A stretch of DNA of 64,000 nucleotides from Laetmonice hystrix (taxonomy: Eukaryota), in contig OZ249448.1 of NCBI GenBank assembly GCA_965235115.1, positions 18,786,001 through 18,850,000 of the forward strand. The letters are read 5' to 3'. A model generated the notes under the pieces. It searched no databases and was not told the DNA's origin. It saw only the letters and a program-made list of their open reading frames with translations. Of the stretch, positions 24,601 to 37,049 are shown piece by piece. The number at the start of each line of letters is the position of its first letter. The stretch's first letter is position 1. A program made the position numbers and the translations under genes.

Positions 24601-25299
24601 GGATAAAAAGGCTATCATCGTATCTCGTCCGTGGCGACAAACGCCATGCCTAGCATCAACAGAGTGCTCCTTGAGTGAGTAAAAACTGAGAAAACAAACA
24701 ATTGATGGATCTTCACATCTCAACAACTTGTAAATGATAAGTAACCGAATTAGACGCCAACTCTACTTCAAGTGCATTGAAACAAGTCTTCCAGTACAGG
24801 GCCATATTTTTGTAAGTCTGTACACTCCAATTGAAAAACAAGTTTAAGGGCTATAACATGGGCATGAAAGAAACTGCGGGGTGTTACTGGGGGAGGCGTA
24901 CAGACATTGTAGGTGAGTGACAGGTAAGGAGGGGAGGGGCAGGTCAATGGACTCTCCAAACCTCCTCGCCACAATCACTGAGGACAGTTCACTCTGTCTG
25001 GTGGTGAGTCCATCCAGGACCCAGGCCTCCTGACCCGGCGCTGTATAGTATATAGACGGCCTGGCGTAGTTAATACCACACCGACAGCCGCCATCCTCCA
25101 CACCCTGGTCGATAATCCTACCTACAGCACCAACCACGCGTCTAACCGATAAATCTATGTCCAAACTCCGCCAATATGCATCCATTTAAGTCATGTCAAA
25201 TGTGTGAACAGGTCGATATTAGATATAACTTGCAGTATCCAGGTCAGGAATACGGTCCCTGGACTTGTATTTTTCTTTTGAAATGCACGGGCATCAGGG

Positions 25300-25390
25300 G
25301 TAACCCAATTACTTTGACAATGTCCCTAAAGAGAAAAGTTGTATAGTCCTCTACAGGAATCGAACCCAGGCCCTAAGATTACTGCACCCA
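25300..25390 (-). mobile_element. tRNA-derived SINE-like relic
   Basis: The minus strand carries a Pol III B-box GGTTCGATTCC (25356-25366) in a T-arm-like context. I see no complete cloverleaf or clear A-box. Boundaries are approximate. Confidence 0.4.
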
Positions 25391-25986
25391 TTCGCATGCA
25401 TATCACTTCATGAGAAAAGCGCATCATAATATTTTAATCGAACACAATGTCATGTTAATATGCTGCGGCCTGGTGCAGTATACTATTAGTGTATATTCCG
25501 AATATGATTCTTTGAAAAGGACGAAATTGCTTCTTCTGTGCAGCCATTATTGTACACGGATATAAACTGCAACGTGACTATATAAACCATGTCACTTCAC
25601 ACCCAGGCAGCCAGCATGTTTATATAATATGGAACCAAATATCATGTTACAGACCAATAACCCAAAGTCAGCGATATGTAGCAGCAATCCGACATGTAAC
25701 TGCCTCCCAAAACATGGCATGGTGAAGGAGGCGGCGACAAGTGGAGAGCCCAAGGTGTGATTAACGGCACGATCTTATTGTGTTCATGCTATTATTGCAC
25801 TGTCATAAAGATGACAGCTCAGATAGGCAGGTCAACTTACACGCTTCCTGTCCTGGCGCAGAGCAAGCGAGTCAGTCGTGTGGTCTGTTACACGGATCGC
25901 ATCGCCCGCCCACCGCAAACAAGGCTTAAAACGACGACTTGTATGAATAGTGCTAACACGTGAGGGTGTAGGGTGGGTGTACGTCC

Positions 25987-26097
25987 AGGATCTACAGCAA
26001 GCCTATACATGTGACAGGATCTACAGCAGGCCTATAAATGTGACAGGATCTACAGCAGGCCTATAAATGTGACAGGATCTACAGCAGGCATATACAT
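25987..26097. repeat. 29-bp tandem repeat, about 4 copies
   Basis: Unit GTGACAGGATCTACAGCAGGCCTATAAAT; period 29. Confidence 0.9.
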
Positions 26098-27620
26098 GTG
26101 GCGACCTGCTAATGGCGGGTGGCCGGAATCTATCACGTATTCCACCACAGTGAAATATTCTTACTACGAAATGAATCCAGACTGGAGTCGGCAGACCGAT
26201 CACGCTAAATGAGATGTCCTGAGACGTGGCCAAAACATGTCATATACCGTGTGGGCAGAGTGACGTTTGTAACGGTTCACTCATGTCAAACTGAATCCTG
26301 CCACATACCAACCCGTCTTATCCTCCCGTGCCCCCTTACTGCCCCCCCCCCCCCCCACGATACCTGATGGCAGCCCCCAGCCTCCGCCCGTGTGTGCCGG
26401 TATCTGTCGTCCGTATCGTCAGACTATAATAGGCACAATCTTCCCTGTCCGTCCTACCTCAACATGGACATTAGCAGATTTTGTCTGGAGGCGAGAGGCG
26501 CGCCGCACACAAAGTGACCACCGCCGGCGAGGTGGGGGCCAGGGGCGGGCGGAGAGAGTGAGGAGACCGGCGGGCGGTAGACCGGTGACCGCCCGGAGGG
26601 ACCGACCGGCCCTCAGTGGTAGCGGCGGCGGCGGGGGACGGCTGCCGGCCCGGCGGTCATTAGTCACCGTCATCAGCTTTGACAGCCTGCTGTAGGTATG
26701 GGCGGGGATCGGTTCACAAAGTCAGTCACTCTCCGGCTGACTTAACCCTCCCCCGCCCTCTCACCGTCACCTGTGTCCGCCAGGCCCGACACTTGACTTT
26801 CACATACAAATACCACCTAAATATAGTGATGGGAGTCGCTTGCTATCACACCTATACTTGCAGCTTCGATGATAATACGAAGATGCATGTCTCAGCCCCG
26901 TCTCCTATACGCCGCCCATCAGAGCAGCCACACCTCACCCCCAGCCCTCACCACGCAAAAAGGTGTAAATGGGGGTCTTGCTATCATACCCCGCTCTATC
27001 TCCACCCCTAGGGTATCCCCAGTCATAAAATTATAATGTTCTAATGGCAAACAATTATGACGCTTTCTGAGCGATTCATGTTGATTTGACACGATCATTT
27101 ATCGCCGTCAGTGGCGGGATGTCGGATACTGGGATTGGGGCGGTCCCGGTCCCGGTCCCGGTCCTCCCTGGCCAGGGACGGACTCCATCAAAGGTTAGTG
27201 GAGGACATGGATGTGTAGGTATGTGTGAGACTCTCACCGATCTTCCTGTATGATGGGCCCGACTTGCTGTCCTCAGGGGATTCACGAACACTGATAGAGT
27301 AGGCGTTTCAAAGTTATCATTTGAAGTGTGGCAGACAGAGATGGAGACAGACTTGGTCCAAATGACTCCATCAGTTAAACAGGATTGATAACCATGACAC
27401 CGAAGTCTGGGCCCCCCCCCCCCCCGCCCAAGAAAAATACTGACATTGTGCAGGATTGGGAGGGGGTTAAGATAGGAGGCGGTGACCTTCAACTCTGACC
27501 CCATGCCCCCCCCTCTGGTCAGTGGTAGTGGTCAGTTGCCAGCCCCACCCTTCCGTCCCTGCACACAGTGTGCCGTGTAGAAACGTCCGAATTTCTCGTC
27601 GTTCCTTGGTTTGGGAAGTA

Positions 27621-28562
27621 GTAGGAGTTTGGAGATAGTGGGGTTTGTCGAGTATGAGGTTGGAGATAGTGGGGTCTGTCGAGTAGGAGGTTGGAGATAG
27701 TGGGGTCTGTGGAGTAGGAGGTTGGAGATAGTGGGGTCTATCGAGTATGAGGTTGGAGATAGTGGGGTCTGTGGAATAGGAGGTTGGAGATAGTGGGGTC
27801 TGTCGAGTAGGAGGTTGGAGATAGTGGGGTCTGTCGAGTAGGAGGTTGGAGACAGTGGGGTCTGTCGTGTAGGAGGTTGGAGACAGTGGGGTCTGTCGTG
27901 TAGGAGGTTGGAGATAGTGGGGTCTGTCGAGTAGGAGGTTGGAGATAGTGGGGTCTGTCGTGTAGGAGGTTGGAGATAGCGGGGTCTGTCGAGTAGGAGG
28001 TTGGAGATAGTGTGGTCTGTGGAGTAGGAGGTTGGAGACAGTGGGGTCTGTGGAGTAGGAGGTTGGAGATAGTGCGGTCTGTCGTGTAGGAGGTTGGAGA
28101 TAGTGGGGTCTGTGGAGTAGGAGGTTGGAGATAGTGGGGTCTGTCGAGTAGGAGGTTGGAGACAGTGGGGTCTGTCGTGTAGGAGGTTGGAGACAGTGGG
28201 GTCTGTCGTGTAGGAGGTTGGAGATAGTGGGGTCTGTCGAGTAGGAGGTTGGAGATAGTGGGGTCTGTCGTGTAGGAGGTTGGAGATAGCGGGGTCTGTC
28301 GAGTAGGAGGTTGGAGATAGTGTGGTCTGTGGAGTAGGAGGTTGGAGACAGTGGGGTCTGTGGAGTAGGAGGTTGGAGATAGTGCGGTCTGTCGAGTAGG
28401 AGGTTGGAGATAGTGGGGTCTGTGGAGTAGGAGGTTGGAGATAGTGCGGTCTGTCGTGTAGGAGGTTGGAGACAGTGGGGTCTGTGGAGTAGGAGGTTGG
28501 AGACAGTGGGGTCTGTGGAGTAGGAGGTTGGAGACAGTGGGGTCTGTCGAGTAGGAGGTTGG
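27621..28562. repeat. 31-bp G-rich minisatellite, about 30 copies, with a higher-order 10-unit duplication
   Basis: Unit GTAGGAGGTTGGAGATAGTGGGGTCTGTCGA; the variant pattern recurs at offset 310. Confidence 0.97.
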
Positions 28563-31500
28563 CGTCTCGTATATATAGTAGATATTATATGAACATATGA
28601 CTACCCCAGCCCACTGCCAACAATGGGGCGGCCCACCTCAAGGGTCTCAACCCGTGCCGACCAGCTCAGTCACTGCACATACATACACCATTACGTTTAC
28701 ATATGACCACACAATAAGGCAGTAACTGACAGTACCTTTCAGCCCCGTGCAGGGATCTTACTTCACTAAAAGCGCACATAGACACGCACTATGAATGATT
28801 AAGGGCGTCAACTACCGAATGAAATTACCTGAGGAAAATGGAATCAAACGCATTAATTTCGTGACATTTAACTTGGAAATTTAATCAGGGGGTCAGCTGA
28901 GGTTAGCTGTGAGTGAGACAGACACGCTTGTATATATGGTAAGAACGGTAATAGGCTAATGCACCGAACCCTCCCCTTACCCCCTTACCCTCCCCCTTCC
29001 ATACCAGGCCCGTCTGTGGTTTGCCTTATGATGCACCCCCCCCCCCCCACCTCCCGGCCGCCCCCGCCATCCCTGTCGCTGGCTCCCAGTCGGCCGTGCG
29101 CAGCCAAGGGTATATAACATGTCTGTGCCGTCTGACGCCACGCTGGCGCGGACCACAGCGAGCGTGGCGACTCCCACCGAGACCGGGCCCAGCACCCCCG
29201 GGGGCCGGGCCAGCACCCCGCCTCTACCCGCAGCCCTCCCGGCCCGACCTGGCGTCACCTCCCGGGAAGCCGAGCCGCTCTAGCGTGCTTTTGTCGACCG
29301 ATGTAACTTGCCGCGGCTCAGGCATAATACTGTGTAAACACACGTTGATGTTTTCCACGACTCAAGTTGTTTTTAACGGCAGGCTCCCAAGCATTAGCCC
29401 GTCATGAACACTAAATGAACCAAGTGTCTACGTTCATCGCTGGCGCACCACATTTTCTTGGCCAGCCGTTGCACTTACAAACGAAGGAGGCGTAGGGAGT
29501 GAAGGATGGCAAGGATTGTGACAGAAAAACCATCAATAACTGTCAATCATATCGGCATTGGGTTGGCAGACAACGGTCAATGCATATCAGATTGACACAA
29601 ATAATGACTTAAGATAACATTCATTGCCAGCTGGACGATTCCTTGACAATAGCAGAAGGCAATGTACAGCCTAAAACAGAAAGATCCTCTCCTTATTGAA
29701 ACAGCCATATATTTCACGAATTATGTCGGAAATCTAAGACCAAACGCAAAAACATTGTCCTCTTTGACTCAAACAAAGAACAAAATCTCTTTGTCACTGA
29801 GACCAGAGACAGGTTAAAGATGCATGACTCAAACTAAAGAGGCATTCAAGAAAGATCGATAAAATTAAAGACTTTCTGAGTGTGTCTGAGTTCAGATAGC
29901 ATAGAGAACGATTATTATATATCATTATGGGATCACCCTTTAACGCCTCCAAGCCTCTTCCCCCTTTCTGTTTTAGTTTCTTACACCTAAACACGACAGT
30001 AATCCCTGGATGAATGGACCAAAGAGAAATTCGAGGTCTGCCCGATTTATACTTCCAGCCGACGCCACCAGGGGTCGCCACTGCATTGCGGCGCCTCAGT
30101 CTCGCGTCGTACCGATCTGTTCGCGGGGCACAGCGAGAGCAGCTGCCGCTTGGCAATCACCGTATTAAAAGGATCTTTCGAGGTCAGTAGGGCGGCTCCA
30201 GAATAGCTGGTCATGTCGAAATGAAGGCAGCTTAAAAAATAAGCCCAGCAAGAGCCGGGAGTAAGAAATAACGCTGGTCTGGTCAAGCCCTCACCGGCCG
30301 ACGACAAGGTTGACCTGAGGTAGACTGATATAAATGGGTGGGTTCTGCAGTGACAAACCGATCGTAAAAAATACGAAATAAAACGAAGGAATCAAAGAGC
30401 CATGCTAATCTAAGTCTTTGGCAAGACCTCCTAGAAAATAGGGCCTACAGCCCTGGCTTTGTCTACGTGTCAACATAAATAATGAAGATTATTTGGCTGC
30501 GTCTTCCTGTCTACTATAGGCCTAAATAGAATTTCAGTTGTTTGGTATCTGCCATGGTACTGTGCCCTGGAAGCCATTACAAAGACTGAATTTCCTGTCT
30601 CTAAATCCCTCTCTCAGTCACTAGCTCTCTTTCTGTTCCTCTCTCAATCACTTTCTCCAATCTAACAGGCCTAAAGCCTGTCGATTTATATAGGCTGATA
30701 CTTGCAGTGTCACTCACCATGCACTCCTTACCGTGAATACAACAAACCCAAGGTATATGTTTGGTTTAGCCCTATACGAAGGACGTTAAACACGGTCTAA
30801 GTTGTATTATGGAGTACACTGAACACAAAAACCCAGACCCTGTCAGTGAGACAGAGCCCCATTGTTATACACAACATATAAACCATAAAAACACTGTAAA
30901 TGCATGTTCTTACATATACCCTGCAAGATTTAGGTTTTTATATACAGTCGATAGAACCATCGTGAGAACTCGACTTTAAATGATGGGAAGATGGATTGCT
31001 GAGATTTTTTCTGCATATACATTACTCATAATTCTGCAGTGATTCTCTCCATTATACAGGCCCCGTCTTTACGAATATTTCATGTCCTTTAAGTGCTTCG
31101 CTTACGGCGTTATGTAAGTGAGCACGTCGCTCCGAGTCGTTGGTATCAGACAAAAAAAAAATCTAACAAAAAGTACGCTTTTCCTTCAACTTCAACTTGA
31201 ACGATAAATCTAATATAACTTCTTGGAATGGCATCAACACAAATTGTACACAAAGTCCATATTTACATTGGGCTAATTTCTTTTGTATCGAGGTGACACG
31301 ACTGCACTGCCTTGCCAAATACGGAATGGTAATTTGTGTATATAGGAGAGAAGTACATCGATTTATATAAGGAGGTGTTTTAGTGTGTTGTATAGAGGGT
31401 TGTATATGGTAATATTTAGGTATGTTGAGTGGGTGTAGGTGACAGAGCGGGACAGGGAGAGGGACGGAGGAGGAGTGGGTATACTGTAGAACGCCGGGGG

Positions 31501-34500
31501 TTATATGCTCGGCGCCCGGTGACCGGGCTTTGTGGTGGCCGGCCGTAATTACAGAGCCGTCCGTGCCCCCTCCTCGCCCGCCCGCCCGGGCCCTCGGCCG
31601 CCCGGCCCCCGGCTCACAGTCGGCCGTAATCGAGCTCATAATTTGGCGGCGACCAACGGGCCATGGAGCCGACCACGGCATTGTGCTGACGGCCGGAAAG
31701 TCGCCGAGCCATTTCTCCGCCCGACTTGACTGCCCGGATATACTGGCGCACACAATGCTGGAGGGAGGGAGGGCTGTCTGAGCACGTCTATTACTGCTAC
31801 ACTGGCTGGTGTCACATCACCCCTCACCACACCGGTCCCTCACTGCCTGCCTGTCGGCGTTATGAAGACACTGGGTGAGGGCTGTCCCGACCGACGGCTT
31901 GCAGACAGCCGCCGCACACAGTCCGGCCGTTTTATAAGTGTATCTGATGGGACAGGAAGTAGTGTGTACGTCTCATCCTGGCCTCTGACAGTGATAGGCA
32001 CTTGAGAACGGAGAATGTGAGTCAATGAGATCTGCTAACACCACCCAGTGAACCAATTACTATCCCATACTGCCTCAACTCTAGAATAGCCTCTTGTATT
32101 TCTATATTACTGCATCCATGGCAACATAAAGATGGCTGTGAGTGCATGTGTCTACATGCATGATGCCTGTATACATGTGTATAGACCCAGATCAGTAGAA
32201 CATTACAGCGTGAGCTTGCTGCCACTGCAGGGAACATGTCCAAAACCTCCCACAGGTGACATACACTGCCCCCTGCCGCCATTACCAGTCAACTCGCGGC
32301 ACATGACCAACACGGTTTGAATACACACCCATGTTAACTCAGGACTTGATGGCATTCCACACACACCTTGCCACTTGCGGTTCACGTATCGACTTATAGC
32401 TACGGCAGCTGGTGGCACAAACTTGGGCTACCAGAGCGTGCCGTCGGGTGTGGTGGGGGTCAGTATGCTCTACTGACCACTACATCTCTGCCCCCCTTAT
32501 TATAAACCCCTTCGGGGGCCCTTAACCCCTCCTCCCGACCCGGGTTAATGCCAAGCCCCCCGAGTGCTCCCAACAATGGGCAGAAAATGGCCGATTACTG
32601 GGCGCGTTCGGCACAACTCGACGATTTATGACAAAACCTGCAGTAGTCGCAGCTTTTCCCGCTCAGTGTTATCTAGGCCAGGAAACAATTGACTGCACTG
32701 TACACACACACACACACACACACACTAATAAGCTAGTAGTATATGACAATACAACTCGGTATTATAGAGATTTCATCATTGCAGGCTCCCGCTTGGAGTC
32801 CGTTTTGAATACTAGAATTTCATACTGACTGGCTGGTGAATGAAAGGTAGAACTGTGTATGCAGCACGACTATCTGAACGTGGTCAAGTGGGCAGTGTGT
32901 CGCTTTGTCTGCCCTACGGTAAGACAATAAGGGCAGGAGGAGGAAGTTAGAGAGAGGAGGAGGAGGACAAGGTATGAAGTCTATACTCGACCCTTACCAC
33001 ATCTAAGGTGGTGAGTACAGGGACAGTGGGTCGGGCCTGCCCACCGGCCGTCCTGCCGAGACGGCCGTGTGAAATGGACACTTATTTGGTCGGTAAATAT
33101 ATCACGGCCTTGTCATTTTCGTGGGAAATTGGCATTTGTGCAAAGCTTGGACAAATGACGAGTAAATGAAGCCTAGGCCTGGGGAGAATGCGTGTGGCCG
33201 GGGGGGGGCGCAATCAGTATGTAAGGGTTGGTGTTAGTGGGGGATACGGGGGTGGGGAGTTTACAGTGGTGGGTGGGAGGAGGGTGGGAGGGGGTGTGGG
33301 CGGATCCACACAGACTCAGACGACACAAAAGGCATGACGGATCTGTTCACAGCGTGGCTCATAGAGCCGCTCAGAGCGGGCCACATTACACTTTGATCGA
33401 CTCCTCGAGTGTGATCTGAGAGACACTTGAGACCCGACCACCTTTTAATTGTCGTCTAGAGTGAATCGTCGCTGTCGTGACGGCCAGGGACGGGGCTTTG
33501 TGACGGAGACTGGGGCGGTGGGGGTCGGCGTGGTGTATGGTGGAGGAGTCGGTGTATACTACCCACTGCCGTCACAACACTCTGGGGTCTCGCTGTGGGA
33601 GCCTGCAGTGAGGGACCCCGGCGTCAGGAGTACTGGCACTGTAGTGGTTTGTACCCGTCACACTGGAAGAACTCTCCTCCAGTGTGCCACCTCACGCCTG
33701 GCTGCGGTTGTCACCCGCTGCTCACAGACACCCTGTTGAAGGGTGCGAACACAGAGGCCTGCGTGTCCGTTTTAACCCCACTTAGAAACGTCTCGGTCGT
33801 ACCCCGTCTGTTCTGAGACCGCAGCATTGTGCCCCTGTCCGACAGCCCGGTACCGGGACCCTCGAGGAGTCTACCCGGCCGACCCCCTGTCCCCTCCCGA
33901 CGACCCCGCCCGCCCTCACAATGCATCGTCCGCGGACATTAATTTTTCAGGGGTTTTCGAGCCTGTGCCGCCTGGAGCTGTGAAAGAGGCCGGGCTGGGC
34001 TGTCGGGCTGGCCGCCACCCGGGCCGGCCGGCCGTGTGAGCCAGAGCCGGTGTGTGTACTCACTGCCCGGCCATGTGTACATGGCGGCGTCGGCCGGCCG
34101 CCCGCCAGAGGAGCCTCGGAAGCGGTCGGCGGGCGGCGTCGCCTCCGTGCTGGCCCGGGGTGGCGGCATGAAGGGGCCGGCAAACAAACGGAGCCACGCT
34201 GACCAGACCATAGCGATGGCCGCCAACAACAATCTGACAGCTCTAGCCAGCTCTCTCCCCCCGCTACACAAGCACCGCATCTATACGACCCTCACACTAC
34301 ACCGACCCAAGCCAAGCCGTGCCGGCCGCCAGCTCCAGTCCTCAATGCAGTGGCCTTTCATGATTTATAGACCCGGCTAATTTACAGTCCCCACGCCGGG
34401 AAACAATACAGTGCAGCCTTCGTGCCTTTCCTACTACAGGCCCGACACCAGTAGGCTAACAGTAAACGGTCCTACCTATATCGGTAACGTTTGCAGGGGG

Positions 34501-35709
34501 CGGCCTACAACAGGTCGATAGAAGCTCATAGCGTTGACATACTTGATTTACCCAAGCTGTCGACGTCTATACAACCGACCCATCTAACAGCTCCTCAACG
34601 ATTTGTTCGCTACACTGGCCTTTTATATGCTACCCTAACCCCAGCGTATAGACGGGCGGCACGCGCGGCCGTGGGGAGGCGGTGAGTATAGAGACCGGGC
34701 CGGTGTATCCACAGGGACCGGGTGAGGACCGCCACAAAGGCTGGCTGCTATTCTCGACATTAATCTACGTGTCCACGGCCCACAACCCGCCGTTATTCAG
34801 GCGGTGTTAATGTTAAGGCCGCCGCAAACAGGACATGTCCCCGCCTTGTTGACACTACCGCCGACAGACGGCTACAGATCCCCGGGCCACGCGCTCCAAC
34901 CCCCCGGCCCAGGGCCAGGGGCTCGCTTCCCGCACCCCACGATAACCGCCTTCCCTGACACTAACCCCAAATACCCTCAAAGCGTTCACCCCACTCGGCC
35001 CGACCTAAACTGTGTGTCTAGGTACACACCTACGGCGACCGTGTCAATTTCATCGGACGGTCAGATTCCCAAATCCGCCTGGAAATCCTTGTGCCAATAT
35101 TTAACACCGAGTGAGTATCGCCTAGAGTGTTAACTCGAATGCTTCCCGATTGGGCACTGTGTTAATTTCGATAGAACGGCGGGTGTACTTCGACTGTAGG
35201 CGCCGGGCCGACGTTAGAGGACCGATGACAGGACTCAGTCTGACTGGCCACACGGCACCAAGACAATGATGGATAGCGCGGGGCGCTGGAATAATGCACC
35301 AATCGATAAAATCTAGGAGAAAATCCTACTCCAAGCTAATACCCAGTGCATCCATGCGTGCACCAAACTCGTGAACACACCAGGGTAGGCTACTGATTGT
35401 ATATAGTCTCCTCCTGCCAATAATGGCCGGATTTGTATGGAGGCCACAGATATATAACTGAATGCATAATGATCAATGCTATATAAGTTTGGGTGAGCCC
35501 TGCACGGTTGGGTGACCATTTCCTTATCAGTGAACGGATGATAAAGGGAGTATATAAGGTATACTTTCAGTCCAGGTCGGTGTTGTCATACAATGGGTGA
35601 ACGTCTATAGGATCATCTGTCTGTGTGACTGGCCGGCTTATCTCGACACCAATGTCTGGCACTGTCTGCCCATGTGGTCAAATCGTTCAGCATAATGTGG
35701 TATAGAATT

Positions 35710-36733
35710 GTCCATGGTATACACGTCCATGGTATACATGTCCATGGTATACATGTCCATGGTATACATGTCCATGGTATACATGTCATGGTATACTTGT
35801 CATGATATGTCCATGGTATACATGTCCATGGTATACATGTCCATGGTATACATGTCCATGGTATACTTGTCCATGGTATACATGTCCATGGTATACATGT
35901 CCATGGTATACATGTCCATGGTATACATGTCCATGGTATACATGTCCATGGTATACATGTCCATGGTATACATGTCCATGGTATACATGTCCATGGTATA
36001 CATGCCCATGGTATACACGTCCATGGTATACACGTCCATGGTATACATGTCCATGGTATACATGCCCATGGTATTCTTGTCATGGTATACTTGTCATGGT
36101 ATACATGCCCATGGTATACTTGTCATGGTATACTTGTCATGATATGTCCATGGTATACATGTCCATGGTATACATGTCCATGGTGTACACGTCCATGGTA
36201 TACTTGTCATGGTATACATGGCCATGGTATACATGGCCATGGTATACATGTCCATGGTGTACACGTCCATGGTATACATGGCCATGGTATACTTGTCATG
36301 GTATACATGGCCATGGTATACATGGCCATGGTATACATGTCCATGGTATACATGTCCATGGTATACTTGTCATGGTATACATGGCCATGGTATACATGTC
36401 ATGATATGTCCATGGTATACATGTCCATGGTATCCATGGTATACATGTCCATGGTATACATGTCCATGGTATACATGTCCATGGTATACATACCCATGGT
36501 AGACTTGACAAAGTTGTCATGGTATACATGGCCATGGTATACATGGCCATGGTATACATGGCCATGGTATACATGGCCATGGTATACATGGCCATGGTAT
36601 ACATGGCCATGGTATACTTGTCATGATATGTCCATGGTATACATGGCCATGGTATCCATGGTATACTTGTCATGGTATACATGGCCATGGTATACTTGTC
36701 ATGGTATACTTGTCCATGGTATGTACATGTCCA
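35710..36733. repeat. 15-bp minisatellite, about 68 units, starting about 50 nt into intron 2
   Basis: Unit GTCCATGGTATACAT; it accounts for all the WYTCP/MVYMS/PWTCI ORFs. Confidence 0.97.
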
Positions 36734-36781
36734 TAATATGAGGCAGGTAAGAAGAAGAAAGACGACGGATACCATACTTAC

Positions 36782-37049
36782 GAAGCCATGTTTGTCCGAG
36801 ATATTGTTGGTGAGCTTCAGTTTGTGGAAGGACACGACCTTCTGCATCCATTGCTCGCCCGTCGATGGCGAGTCCGGGTGTATGTACATCCTTTTGGGCA
36901 TTTCTGGGTCGGCCTTACCGGCCACCATCCAGCGGGAGTTGTGGAACTTGTAGCGACAGTCGTCAACAGCTACTATATCCATCAGGAGGATGTACTTGGC
37001 GCGTTTGTCCAGCCCGGACACTTTCACTTTGAACGGTGGAAACATTCTC
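36782..37049 (-). CDS. Tbx2/3: Tbx2/3 coding exon 2 ([26 protein letters not shown]...[12 protein letters not shown]), T-box core
   Basis: Unmistakable T-box sequence. Acceptor ttgcag|G at 37049 and donor TTC|gtaagt at 36782; 268 nt. Confidence 0.97.

Noticed and set aside
35613-36741. Multiple overlapping ORFs of PWTCI / MVYMS / WYTCP repeats
   Set aside because: They come from a 15-bp stop-poor satellite open in several frames on both strands.
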